Translations under genes and position numbers: made by a program
The notes under the pieces: model-generated
Told to the model about the DNA's origin: nothing
The model's input: the letters and a program-made list of their open reading frames with translations, nothing else
Databases searched by the model: none
DNA from: Podarcis pityusensis
Taxonomy: Eukaryota
Assembly (NCBI GenBank): GCA_964106645.2
Contig: OZ067046.1
Reading direction: 5' to 3' (one strand)
DNA: 64,000 nucleotides
Part shown: positions 24,861-38,200 of the stretch, in pieces
How positions within the stretch are numbered: position 1 is the first letter of the stretch
How the letters are laid out: every line of letters starts with the position of its first letter

Positions 24861-27365
24861 AAACATGCTGGAAGCATGTTCCTTTAAAGATAATGCCTTT
24901 GAAAATCTCTGCCACTAGTACTATTTTTGGAGATGCAAACTTACATTTATGGCAATCTCCTATATTAAGGATGAGACACGTCCCACTTCATTTTGTTTAA
25001 ATGGTTCCTTCAGTCTGGACATCAGAAATTCAAATGCCATATTGGCCCTCCCTATGGACTCTGATAAGGATGATAAGGGGAAGGAAAGGGTCATGGATCA
25101 GAGCCCTCCTGCTCAAGTCAGGACTTTCAACTCTGGATAAGTACGGGCTAGCCAAGCCCTCCCTGGGAGGTCACTTCTCGTGTCAGATATGGGAAAGAGG
25201 AGCTCCATTGTGCAGACTGAGCTGTCAGGAGAGGAGGAAAGCCAGACTTTTTCTCTGAGACAATAGTGGCACATTAAGAGGCAGGAAATGGCCTGGGTTC
25301 CATGAAACTGGGTTCCACAGTTCTCAGCAAGACAAGCATGTGAGCCAATAGCCGGACTTTCCATGTCTTGTTGAAGAACATGGTGGGTGTGTTCTGTGCA
25401 TGGAGCTTTGAGCTTATGATCTTGGAATTCTGACCCGTAACTTTGTCCCTTATCTGTATTTAGAGATTCTTGAAGCTCCTCTCCTAAGTTGGTTAGATGG
25501 TTGCACATTTTTTTTGTGCCTAAGGGTTTCTGGACTAATTTCTGATCTTCTCATTTTTCTGAGATTGCACTATGCGCCATCTGGAATAAAGCTTGGCTTC
25601 TTTATGTATAAGAAAGCCGTTCTTGGACAGGAGCAGCACACCAAGTTCTATTCTCAGAGTCCATCCAATGTACCTGAGAGAACATTTGTTCTGAAAGGTT
25701 TTTCTGGGATGTCTTGTTTGGTATGTGTAATGTTCTGCTCAAAGTACTCAAATTCAATGCACATTTCAGTTTTTCCATATAATAGCATAATGGCCATCTG
25801 TTAGGCCGGCAGGATGCCTAATCAGAAATTTGTTATGCAAGTATAAACAATGCATAGAAGAACTGTTGATGGAACAGGTTGCTTTTTCTTTAGCCAGAAG
25901 GCTCCTTATGCGTGCAACTTGCACTGAGGCGCCCCTTTCTACTTAATCTATTTTGTCTGCTTTCCCAGTGTGATTTGAACAACTGGAAGGCAGCACATGG
26001 AGAATGAGATGTGCTTATATTTCAAGCATGAATATAAAAAATATATATGGGAAAAATATTTTGTGAAGTTTGCAAGAAGGCAGGTCCTTGTTTGGAATGT
26101 TTTACAATCTGCAAAGATAAAGGACAAGCAGGAGCAAAACAAGAAATACCCTACAACATCCCTTAGTGCAAAACAAGAGGCAACCATTTTGACAATATGC
26201 ATAGAGAAGGTACATGCACCCAGATCCTGCAAGCTGTTCCAGGATATTCATGAAGCAATCCTTTCTGAATTTTAATTTGAATAAGTTTATATGTACTATT
26301 TTTAGTGGCTTAACATGCTGGAATAGGGAGATTTGAATAGCAAAATGATTTTGTGGGTTTCCATGAACTGGGCAGATTTTCAACATATTGAGTGTTGGTT
26401 GGTTTTGTAGTAGTATATGACTCCTATCATCACACCTCAAATAAAAATGAACCATTAACTGGCTTGAACTATAGAACCCAGTTCCAAATTTTGGACCCTT
26501 TACTGCAGCAGTTTTCTTCATCTCATTCTACATCGTCCGCAGAGATTTCCTAAGGCCCCAGAAAGGCTTTTTGATGGTCACTGGTGGCTTGGCTGCAGGT
26601 AGGAGGAGGGGATGTGGAAGTTTCCTTCCATGACCTTTCCCAAGTTAACAGATCTTAAGATTCAACCTAACATTTGTAAGCCTGTCTGAAACAGGAGAAC
26701 ATTTTTTCCTGTCACGTTTCAATAAAACCAGAGAAAGGAAGCATTATTATTTTTATTTGCCATTTTTCAAATGGAATTTGGAATGTATGCATTTGCCTTC
26801 AAGCCTGCCACTCCTGAGGGAAAAACCCATTTTTGTATGTGTCTGTAATGAGAATTTGTAGACGTGGGCACAACAGCCCCCAAAGGGAAAGCATTTATCA
26901 CATGGATATAGATTAGAAAGGTGTCAAGGTTTGAATCCAAAATGGATGTATGAGCAAGGCTTCTTAAACTTAGTTTCTGACTGAAACTGATTTTAAGCAT
27001 TGAATCTGAAGTGAATGCTGTGCTGATACCTCTCTACTTTGCATAGTACATTTCTGCAACAATAAGAAACAAGCTGAATTCAGCATTCAGATAGCTTGTA
27101 CTCTTATCAACAATGAAGCCTTCATCGTGACTTTCCTCTGTTTATCTAACCTCTTCTGGTTCAGACTGTTGAATACACTGGCAGCCATAACATACGGTAC
27201 TTGTGAAAAGAGTTTTGTGGACAAAGGTATCTCTTCCACATTAAACTTGGTTATTTCTCTTGATTTTCCTTTTATATATTCTAATTTGTAAATGACATTA
27301 TAGACTATTAATGGCTATTATTCTGCCTGTTATGCACTCATCAATATAAAATATTTATCTAATGG

Positions 27366-27499
27366 ATAGGGGAGCCTGTGGCCCTCTAGATGTTGTTGGA
27401 TTCTAGTTCCCATCAGATCCAGCCAACATAGTCAACGGTGAAGGATGACTGGAAATATAGTTCTGTGACATCTGGAGGGAGACGGCTCCTTACCCCTGC
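27366..27499. mobile_element. Palindromic hAT-Charlie/MER3-like MITE remnant
   Basis: Inverted structure CCCTCTAGATGTTG...GACATCTGGAGGG with a CCCCTG end. Confidence 0.6.
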
Positions 27500-27873
27500 T
27501 CTGTCTAAAACTAAGATTGCAGTCCAGCATCTTTTACTTGCCAAGAGCATAAAAGTTCAGGAGAAAGTCTATCTTTTCTATTTCCACAATGCCCATCTCT
27601 CAAAGCAGGTGATGATAACAGGAACTGGCTTTCTAAAGTTGACAGACAAACAAAGTAAGGCACCAGAGAAGGGCACCTCCATTCTTTAGCAATATTTATT
27701 TGTTTATTTAAAAGAACCCTACAGCACTTTTCAATGACTACTCCCATTGTTCCAAACAGTTTGAACATGACCAAGAAAGAGAAGTTTTAATGAGTAAACA
27801 TTAGGTCTTCCAATAAAGGTATTTAATGAATTATTCAATGTGTGAATTAATAAATTATTCAATTAGAAAAGGA

Positions 27874-27932
<59 letters not shown>
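27874..27932. repeat. (GT)n(GA)n microsatellite
   Basis: Direct read. Confidence 0.95.
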
Positions 27933-27937
<5 letters not shown>

Positions 27938-28034
27938 AAAACATTCCACTAAAAAATCACAAACTAAGTAGGTTAACTTCTTTTCAGACCAATTTAAGGG
28001 ATTGGGTTTGGATTTCGGACCATGCATTGCATGG

Positions 28035-28240
28035 AAACTACAACTAATCCAGAATGTGGTTGTCAGACTGGTGACTGGGAGCTGCTGCCCAGACCATATA
28101 ACACCAGACTTAAAGTACACTTAAAGTAAAGCTCCAAGTACATTTCCAAGCACAATTCAAATGTTGGTGCTGACTTTTAAAGCCCCAAATGGCTTTGGCC
28201 CTGTATACCTGAAGGAACATCTCCACCCCCATCGTTCAGA
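28035..28240 (+). mobile_element. L2 LINE ORF2 3' fragment
   Basis: KLQLIQN..RLVTG..DHITP..QFK..VLTFKA..G.GP.YLKEHL. Confidence 0.75.
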
Positions 28241-28351
28241 CAAGGGTGGATCTACTATGAAACTAATGAAGCTTAGCTTCAGGGCCCTTAATCCCAGAGG
28301 GGTCCCGGAAGCAACTTTAGTCTACATGGCTTAAAATTTTGGGATCTCATA

Positions 28352-28529
28352 GACCCAGTTTGAGTGGTACTACTGCAGGGTATTGGAATACTAGATGAGC
28401 CTCAGGGTCCCTTCCAACTCTGCTTCTATGATTTTTTGTTGACCCAGTTTGAGTGGTACTACTGCAGGGTATTGGAATACTAGATGAGCCTCAGGGTCCC
28501 TTCCAACTCTGCTTCTATGATTTTTTGTT
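28352..28529 (+). repeat. Perfect 2 x 89-bp tandem duplication containing a CR1 3' terminus
   Basis: Units 28352-28440 and 28441-28529 are identical and contain CTAGATGA..GGTCCCTTCCAACTCT..TTCTATGATT. Confidence 0.93.
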
Positions 28530-30106
28530 GTTGGTAAGTGTGGTCGACAATCCCATTGCAGAAGATTACTTCTGTGCAGAAGCCCTCCCATGCAGAATTG
28601 CAGCTAGCTCCCAGTGAAGGGGTACAGCCAGCTCTCAGGGAAGATTTGCAGACAACTAAAGGAAGCAGCCAGGAACAGAAAGGGTTAACTTTCATGCAGG
28701 ATGATCAGCAGAGAGAACTAACTCCCCTGCCCCTAGGAATGCCGGGTGATAAGAGAATGATGGGGCGTGGGGGAACCCAGTTGGAGTTCTTAGGAAGTTC
28801 AATCAGGCAGGAACAGAGACGGAAACAGTTTGTCAGAAAGGGAGGAAGGGGAAGCTGATCCAATCTCTCCTCAGAGTTGGTTCAGGGGAGGGTTGCTAGA
28901 CAGGAAACAAAACAAGAGACACCGGGTTCGTAAATTCAATTTTCGGCCTTCTAGGGATTAGAAGGATTAGAGGGACCTATGGTTTGAATGCATATAAACA
29001 GCTTCCTGTGTTCCTCTGAAGAGCAGTGCCATACCCTGCTGCTGCATAGGATATATTGCATAGACATGCTATAAAGTGCTGTGCTCCATGTAATAGCAGA
29101 TATTTGCAAACTGGCCCACAGTTCCCAGACTATGATTATACTGTTTATGACAAGCATATTTTCCATGTAACAGGTGGCTGTGAAACGAGCTAATATTTGC
29201 TCCTTTTATGAATGGTAAAAGTCAATGTTTAACAGTGCGGCACATCAAGATAGGAGCTTTGTATAATCCTGTTTTTTGGTGCTGTGGCATGTAATTGTGA
29301 GCATGGTAAGAGCCCCAAGAAAAGGGAGACACTTTTCTCTCTCTCGTGCCATTCTGTCCACCACAAAGGAACAGTCATTCAGTCTGCTCCACCTGTGCTT
29401 TTCACATTCAAGCTGGTATCAGCAGTGAGAAACAGGAAATGAATAGCACCGGGTGTAAGAGAACAGGTAATTTTCAATATTAGAACTGTCTGAGTATGCC
29501 CTGGGAGGACAGCTTAAATAGATACACACAGTCACTGTTTAGGGTCCACCTTTGATGTTTTATGACTGATTTAATTATTCATTGTATTCAAGTATAATCC
29601 TACAACTGTCAGGATGTGCCTTTTTGCTTTCATGTTGACTTCTGTTCATATTTTGGCAGCTTCAGGCATTCAGATGATGACAGAGAAAGCATCAGTCACT
29701 TCTCTTTGTGTATCCTTTGTAACGTGGATAGTAAAGGATTTGCTCACTCGTATCTCCTGCGGCGAGATGGATGAGCTCCACATGAATCTGAAGATCAGGC
29801 ATCCACATATTTACTGCCTTCTCAGTCCACTTTCTGGATGAAGTGGGCTCGTGCTTTTGAAATCTCATTCTAGAACAAAATAAAATGTGGCAACTCTCTG
29901 TCTCTTAAAAGAAGAATCTCCCTTTGCATCAAAGGATGGACAGACAAATCCATAGGCAGTGACTGCTTTGATCTCTCTCCCATCATAGAAGTAGAGGTGG
30001 TGTGAAGTAGGGTGGGGAATGTTTTTTTAATGTTAATTTGAACTGTTAGTTTAGAGAAAAGGCAAGCAAGAGCTGAATGACAGAAGTGTATAAAAGTATG
30101 TATGGC

Positions 30107-30690
30107 TCTCAGGGACTGGGCAGAGGAGGAATGGTGGAGACTGCCTCCCCAGCCTGACCCTTACAGGGAAGAAGAAGACAGTTCAGAATTACAACAGGCG
30201 TTTGAGGGAGGTCATAGCTCAGAGGAAGATGAGAGGGAAAGTTGGGAAATAATGGGAGAGGAGGAGGAGGCAGAGCCAGAGCAGCTGGCTGACATGTTAT
30301 CACTAGAAAGCATTCCAGACCCACCATCTCCCAGAACCCAGCAAGCCTTAAAAAAGGAGACCAAAGGGCTCAGAAGCAAAAGGCCCTCAGTGCCAGCCGC
30401 AGAAGGGACGATGAATGAGGAAGTGGGAGAGAAGGGGAGGGGAGACTTACTCGGAGCAACACCATTATTCCAAGACATATCTGTCAACGTTTTCCTTTTT
30501 TTAAGAGAAATTCCCTTATTCCAAATAGGATTCCTCGCAAGAAAGGGAAAAGTTGACAGTTATGTTCCAAGAGGCTGCCTTTCTAAGCCTCTCTCTGTGA
30601 ACAGTGAATAAAAAGCAATTGGTAAGAACTTCCTTGTCTCATCCATTCCTGGCAACTTACTGTGGGGGTTTGATCCTCTAACGCTTGATA
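30107..30690 (+). mobile_element. Solo LTR, same family as 11640-12149
   Basis: Decayed termini TCTCAGG...CTTGATA, perfect 5-bp TSD ATGGC (30102-30106 and 30691-30695), AATAAA near 30607. Confidence 0.85.
30476..30564. mobile_element. 89-bp hAT-type MITE nested in the LTR
   Basis: TIRs CATATCTGTCAAC/GTTGACAGTTATG; perfect 8-bp TSD TTCCAAGA. Confidence 0.9.
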
Positions 30691-32399
30691 ATGGCATGGT
30701 GAATTTGGATAGAGCAAAGTTTTTCTCCCTTTCTCATAACACTAGAAATTGGATACGTCCAATGAAGCTGAATGTTGTAAGATTCAGCACAGGGAGAAGA
30801 AAATACATATTGAAACAGTACATAATTAAACAGTGGAATTTGTTCCCACAAGAGGCAGTTATGGCCATCAACTTGGATGGCAGTAAAAGAGGGTTAGATA
30901 AATGCATGGAAGTTAAGGCTATCAGTGGCTGCTCACCCTGATGGCTATGTTCTACCTCCACTGTCAGGTGAATCCAGCAGGCGCTTCTCATGTTTTCGAC
31001 ACTGGATCAGGTGATACAGTTCTAGCCTGCTTTTAAGTTTTGTTTGCCCAGTACCCCTGGGCACTTCACTTTGCTTCACTTTCTGTAATTAAAAAAAGAA
31101 AAAAGAAAAGAAGCAACCTCATGCAATTTGCAGACTTTCCCACTCAATTGTAGAAAGGCTTCTTATTTCAGGAGGGTTGGCATGCACATAATTCCTGCCT
31201 AGATGTTATTTCCAAAGAAGTAGTCAAAGTACTCGAACCAGAAAAATACTATTGACAAAAGTTTATTATCTACAAATCCAATATTGCTTTCTGCTCCTGC
31301 CTATGTAGGGAAAGGCAGAAATTGCTAAGAAGTCCACCAGAGAATGACTGTATTAATGGAAAATGTATATTTTGGTTGACTTGTGATTTCTTGGGAATAT
31401 TACCAGAGTCGTATATTAAAGGGAATTAAAGACAATCTGTCTGATCTTTGTAGCTGGATTATGCAGTGTTGGAGCAGAGTTTACAAGCGAGCCAAGAAAA
31501 TCAATGATTAGAAAGTATAAAACATAATTTTAATTTAGAAGAACTAACATGTTACCAAGAATTTATTTTGCACTTGGTTAATTGCTATTTTCCATCACCT
31601 GTGAACTAGCCCACTATGAAATGATCTCTGTTTCATTACTTGGACCAGTGGTTCAATCAGATGCAAAAGATCCAGCCATGGATATCACCTATTTTATTTA
31701 AATTCATTGTGCAAGGGAGAGAGCAGGGCAACACTGTATCAGAAGAGACTTGAGCTGCATGAATGCATCCATGGGATGCTCTGATGGCATTGTTCCTGGA
31801 GATCAAAGTAAAGTCACTGGCTTTCTTGTACTTGTGATTTGTATGTTTTGTCATTTCAAGGACACCTGTATGATTTGGTTTCATATGCCTTTTGTGTGTG
31901 TGAAGGATAGCAAAGCAAATGAAGGCAGACAAGCAAGTAGCAGCACTGGTAAAGCCAGTAAAGGAAAAGGTAAGGTAAAGGGCACTGCATCAAATCCCAC
32001 TGAAATGCTCTATTTGTAACACCATTGCCACCCGCTAATAGTCTTTCTCTGTCCTTACCAGATACTTTTTCAGTCTGAGGGACACATGCTGTCATGCGCA
32101 GCCTTCTGAGGGCTGAATGCGAATGTGAGTGCTGAGCCAGAGTTAAAAAGTGGTTGAGATGATAGTTGTAACATTTAGCTTTGTGCAGTAGACTATATAT
32201 TCCGGCAACACAAAAACCAGAGGTTTGTACATGCATCTGTTCATCCTCAATCCAGGCAAGCAAAAGGAATGATCACAGTTCAGGTACACATGGTGGTCAG
32301 CCAGAAGCAGTTGAAGAAGTTACAGAACAGGGCTGGTGAAGAGTTTGGCATGGCGGGGTAGTGTCAAAGATCAGATAGAAAGTCCTGGAGGGTCATATT

Positions 32400-32519
32400 C
32401 AGGGGGTGCTCAAGGGTACACAGTACCAGCACCTCTTTTTTGTTGTTGAAAAGTGTGGCACTTACTGTAACAACTTCATGGTGAGTACTGGGACCTATTT
32501 TTCTAGGGGAAAAGCACTG
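32400..32519 (-). mobile_element. hAT-type MITE related to 14827-14964
   Basis: CAG...AAAAGCACTG ends; 8-bp TSD GTCATATT/GTCATATC. Confidence 0.7.
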
Positions 32520-34244
32520 GTCATATCCCACCATGTTCCCTGTTCCTGGTCTATCGAAACACATTGTTGGATGTGACACCATTGCAGTTTGAATGCTACC
32601 AGCAGGAGATGAAAAAGTCATAGTGTGATGGCACCATGGCAAGTGGTGAATTTATATAGACATAATGGAGGGTTTGAGAGAACTAGATACAAAGATGTTG
32701 TTTTTAAGACAAGTCCCTTGTTCAGTACTGGCTTCACAGTACAGGCTGCACAAGTGACTGCTTGGGGGACATATCCTGCACGAAAGCCATCATTGCATTA
32801 TTACTATTGCTTGCAACGCTGCCTATGCCTCCATGAACAGGGCTAAGTCTAGGATAAACCTTCAATGGCATCCTTCTGCCTTACCTGAATTAGGCCTTAG
32901 GTTTTTTGCCCTCATCCCAAAACTGCTTCAAGACTTCAACAGCTTCCCTAAAACCAGAAGATGGAAATGAGAGATAGAACTGTATTTCATCTACATACTG
33001 ATGACACTTTAGCCCAAACCTCCTCTCAGTGGATTTATGTAACTGTTACAAAGCACAGGGTTAACCTGAGATGCCCCAGGAAACAAGGACCAGGTATGGT
33101 TACTACAAGGTCCAGAGAACTAATAGAGTCTTCCTCACACACACAAACATCCCTAATACATTTCCTGGTGTAAATCAACCACCAGGGTGTTGGGGGTAAG
33201 GCTGTTTATGTCCAAACATCAGGTCAGAAACCTGATTGGAATGGTTAGATATCCAAGACATTGTACTATCCTTCTGATAACATTTTTTTCAGAACAGTAG
33301 GTCATAAAATAGTAAAACAGCAATAGTCAGTGAAATAGCTTGGTTGTGAATTAATTAGCTAATTATATGGTCTATGCAGAAATATGGAGAAAGTATGGTG
33401 CTTGTAGTTAAGTCATCTATTTTTAAATACATACATATGGAATGGTCGCTGGTAGCCTTAAAACATCCTCTTGGTTTTTATTTCATGAACCAATCCTGAA
33501 ATAATGAAAATGGAGAGAAAGAATGAAAGAGAGAAATTTTGCTTTGTGCCAAATGGAGGAAATTCCTTTCCTTTCATACAATATCTAGTTCTGCTCTAAT
33601 TTCTGTAGCATTTCTGTAGCTTTCCTTGTTAAAGACCAATTACAACATCAGTGTGGGAGTTGCTTCCATATGCTTTCTTCATAACACACAGCTTGCTGGA
33701 ACATAGACAGTGTTTGTATAGGAATGAAACTATGTCATAGGTCCTGCCCATGTTGTTCCTTAATCCATATGCTATTAAGGGAGTATGGGAAAGAGTAGAC
33801 CCAGCCCTACCATTAGGCAGGATAAAGAGGTCCTATCAGGCAGCTAGGTTGTTGTTGTTTTTTACATTTTGGGGTGCTTTTTAATGTTATAAATTATAAT
33901 AAAAGGAAACAAGCAACATTTAGAGTATAATTCACAGAATTAGATTGTCATTCTACAGTTAAGAAAAGAAAGTTACATTTTGTTCAAGTAGGTTGATCTC
34001 TCTCAGAAAATAATGTGTTTGAGACTCTTGGAAGGCAAAGACCACTTGTGCTTTTGCTTATATGAGGCAATAATGGGAATCATATTTCTATAAACTGATC
34101 TTTCCAGTCCTCTAACAATGGATCAACTTTTCCCAGCACTCTTCATTAAATTCTATTGTATCAGCCTTGGGTATTATACCCTCTTCAAGATTTTCAGTGT
34201 TTTCAGCAATCTCAATAGATGCTTCAGCTAACATGAACTGAATT

Positions 34245-34530
34245 GTTGCTGGCATCTGCCTCCCTTGAGAGTCAGTGGAGTGCGCCTCCGGCGGGGGGAG
34301 AAAAAAACCACTGTGGTAGCAGTACCAAAGTAACTTCTCTGGGATGTACAAGCATAGGCAGAGTGTATGGAGGTCCTGGGCTGCCCAGACAACTAGATCC
34401 CACCTCGGCCTCACTAATGTGGTCCAAAAGAAAGCAGAGCAATACTGCGCCTTGGCTGCAAGAGTTGCCAGAAGATCATTCACCCTCTTGGTACAGTGGC
34501 ATTGCGTTGCAGTGGAGGCTCCTCCAAGGC
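34245..34530. repeat. Probable interspersed repeat (RTE-associated, family uncertain)
   Basis: GC-richer block that resembles, from memory, a squamate RTE-related repeat. No protein motif seen. Confidence 0.3.
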
Positions 34531-35121
34531 TTCAATGAGGGAGCTCAGGATCAGCATCCTATATGGATGGGTGGAAGAGCTGTAAGTATTATTTGCTGGG
34601 GTCTGTTTGCATTATTTGCTGAGCCCCCTCAGAAATTACATCAGAAAGTCTTCTATAAACTGACTTTACCACATATAAAACAAAGAACCACTACCACCCC
34701 ACTGTTTAGGTTGCCCCCAAACCCAGATCACAAACTCTTATTTATACAAACTATTATTTTTAGTTTGAGGAGCTCCCTCTATTCATAGACTGAGATACAA
34801 TCTGTGCGCTACTTTCAGGGTTGTTTCTTGGAGTATAGTTGACGTAAACATGTGTCCAAACAAGTAGACCAACAAAAATCAATGTACATAAATTAGTCAG
34901 GACTCTGAGTATGACTTGTTTGAATACAACCCATAGTTTATGGAAATGGTTAGACCAGATATTTTACTAAAATCCATTGATATAATGCAAATTCTCCAAG
35001 TCATGATGGGTGTTATGTATATTGACTTGGAAATGTGCACACTTCTCTCTTCATGGATGGATTAAATCTGATGAATTTGCACAATGGCCAGTTATTATGC
35101 ACATCAACTGCCATCCCCCTT

Positions 35122-35123
<2 letters not shown>

Positions 35124-35204
<81 letters not shown>
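35124..35204. repeat. (GT)n(GA)n microsatellite
   Basis: Direct read. Confidence 0.95.
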
Positions 35205-35206
<2 letters not shown>

Positions 35207-38200
35207 CTATTGCTTCATAAAGTGGGTCTCTCAGAAGTAATGTTCTCATTATTGTATTATGGGCATTTAGAAATGCAATGTGAAACAAACGTACCTGTTT
35301 TTCCTCTGTCAAGTGCTGGAGGATTGGGGAGCTTGGATTAATGGTTATTGCCAACTTAATTTGATAATGTGAGTAAATTTTGGATTTTCAATGTGTGGTT
35401 TCACATATTCTTTTAATTGGTGATCTAGCTGTACAATAAATGTGTTGAGATATCTCCTTTATATTGTTAGCACTCATTCCCTTTTAATTAGCATCATTTT
35501 AAGCAGCATCATTGCTTTCTAATTTGAATCTTTTCCCAGGCCAGGCTTGTAAAATGTTTTATAATAAAAACAGAAACTTTATTTATTTATTTTTGAAAGT
35601 TTCCTGCTTGCCAATCGTATCCCATACATCACAGTCTAATTAGAGGCAAAGAGCTTTTTTTCCTTTCTCCTCTCATTTTGGAAGTGATGTTTGAGAATGG
35701 GAGGTAGAAGTCCATCTTCAGCTGCCAGATCTACTCTGGACCCTCCCACCTCTCTGATTAAAAGTCTCCTGAGGTCAGCAGCTCATTCGCTTATGCCAGG
35801 AAATGACAGTTGCTGACAACCAAAGGCAGACCATGGCTCAGTCAGTCATTGGCTTTATGGTATAAAACATTACCATATTATGATTAGTGGTCTTAAGTAA
35901 TACACAACACAGCCTGTAATAAATCATCCAGTAAGTCTTTCATCTAGCAAATGGCTTACTGAACAAGAAAAGAAATGACGATGTTCTCCATCGCATTGAC
36001 AGTGCCTCTCTTTGAAACCTGCCACTGTATCTGGCATTCAGGGACACCAACTCATGGGGGCTGAGCTGCTTTGCACACCCAATATCTTTGGGGAGGCACA
36101 CACACACACACACCCGTGTTGAGGGGGCAGACGAGGCCGAGTGCAGAGCTAAGCATAGTGCATCTTCATGGAAGGAGGCTGAGTGAGAGAGAGGAGGAGC
36201 TGCTGACCACTGAAGCCATACTGCACTCAGCTCAACAATCGGCCTCCTCCCGACAATGCAATGTGTGATGTTACATGTGCGACCCCGGGCTCCCCTCATT
36301 CTTTGGCGCAAGTTGGTGCTTCTGCTGGCATCAATCGTCTTATGCTGCCTGACTTGCTTAAAAGATTGTTCATTACAGTGAGCCAGCCATCTGGGCCCAC
36401 ATTGATAATCCTTTAGTCCCTGCCTTCCATGCAGGTGTTCCTTTGGTTGTGCTCTTCTCCCCTAGAGAATTCCAGACAGGGAGACAGGCTGCAATCACAG
36501 TGTTTTATCTGGCTTTGACTCCATGATAGCGCCATTACAAGTTTGATGCCTCTTGCACAAATATGATTCCTCCCTTCCAGGATGTCAGAGTGTTTCACCA
36601 CCCTGAAAGGCGTATTACCGTCGGTACAATCATATAATGTTAGCGCCCTCACAGAGTAGAAATGGATTACAGGATTATAGAAAGACTAACGTTCTTAGGC
36701 CTTGCCATATGCTTAGTGAAAGATTGGGGAAGGAATGATTAGGGCTGGTTCAAGGTTTGGGCAATAAGCTTTCCAGTAATAGTGGTTCCCTTGACATCAA
36801 TGGTGGGCCTCCCCAAAGCTGAATCCTCATGATCTATGGTGCACAACTGCAAACTGGCAGCCATTTTAATTACCCAGCTTTCCCATTGCTGTGCTAGTGG
36901 AGCCCCAGCTGCACCACCATCTTGTCCCATCTCCATTTTAGAACCTTTCACATTGTAAATGCTTCTATACAAAGTGTCTTCTCTGTGAAGCTCTTCCAGC
37001 TCCTTTGCATGCCAACAAGTTTAAAAACAACAACAGCTAATCAATGCCAAACATTTCTGTGTATGTTGAGAGCAAACAAGTACTCCACAGCTGCACAGTT
37101 AGACGGTGGTGTTTTTAGATGCCAGTTCTTATGCAGAAGACTTCACAGTGTACGTCTACCTTAAAAATTCTGCATTACTTTTGGTGAGAAATATACCCCC
37201 CAGACCTACTTTATCAGTGCAAAGTTCTTGCAATTTCCCTTTCCACAGTCATAAATTACTGCAATGCTATATGTGTCCCTTAAATATCCGACTTCTGTGT
37301 TAACAACCATGACTACACATTTCCACTTCATTGGTTTTCTTTTGAGCTGGCAACAATGCATTAAGTTACCTATAATGGAAGGATTTGGTGGTGGCATGAG
37401 GCCACAGCAAACAACTCATTTAATTGTGTCTGAGAGCAGGAAAGCTGGGCTAGTGATATAAAGAATCAAGATAGTACAACTTATTTCTGAAAAAAACTAA
37501 TAGGCCATGTCTGCTGCCATTTATAATGAGTCAAATCTGATATAACACCATGGATTCCAGAATCTCATTCTGTACTGGGGCTGAATTGTGCCACCTTCCC
37601 CCACTTTGTGAATACTATTCACATTTCAAGCCCTTTCTGAAAACATCATGCTCATTATCAGCTCCTTAATCCACCTTTCTTGGTCCTTTCTTTTTTTATA
37701 CTAGAGCAAACTTTAAATGAGGGGGTTGTGGCAATCAATGAAAGAGCTCTTCTGTTGATAATGCTATGGGTGGAGCAGACAGCAAGGATGTTACCCACGT
37801 TTTCTTAAAAAGTATTTAAGATGCTTCAACTTTCCCTTGCCTTCCTTGTTTCTTCTTCTTATATATACACTTACACACACATACATCTAAGTTGATGGCA
37901 CAACGGTAAAAATGGGGTTTCTCATAAGTGCAACCAACTCGAAATAGGGTAGGCGTAGCCAATGTGCTGCTCTGCCAATATTGTGGACAGTTTCTGCCAT
38001 ACAGCATAGGAGTCGGTGCCTATGCTGCCAGCCAATTCACTCATGCCACCAGCATGCCTGCTTTGCTCATCACAGCACCTGCTGTTGTCACACTGCAGTT
38101 CATGTGGCCACCTATCAGGAGCCATGCAAAATGCAGCATGACAACTTTTTTTCTTACAAAAATACGATATACAGTAGTAAGACATTGTTCCATATTTTGT

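Larger units (their letters stand above)
30040..30968 (+). mobile_element. CR1 LINE 3' fragment interrupted by a solo LTR
   Basis: FSLEKR..EVYK-like segment before the LTR; after it FFSLSHNTR..MKL..RF..WNL.PQEAVMA.NLDG.KRGLDK.ME followed by 3'UTR. Confidence 0.85.
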
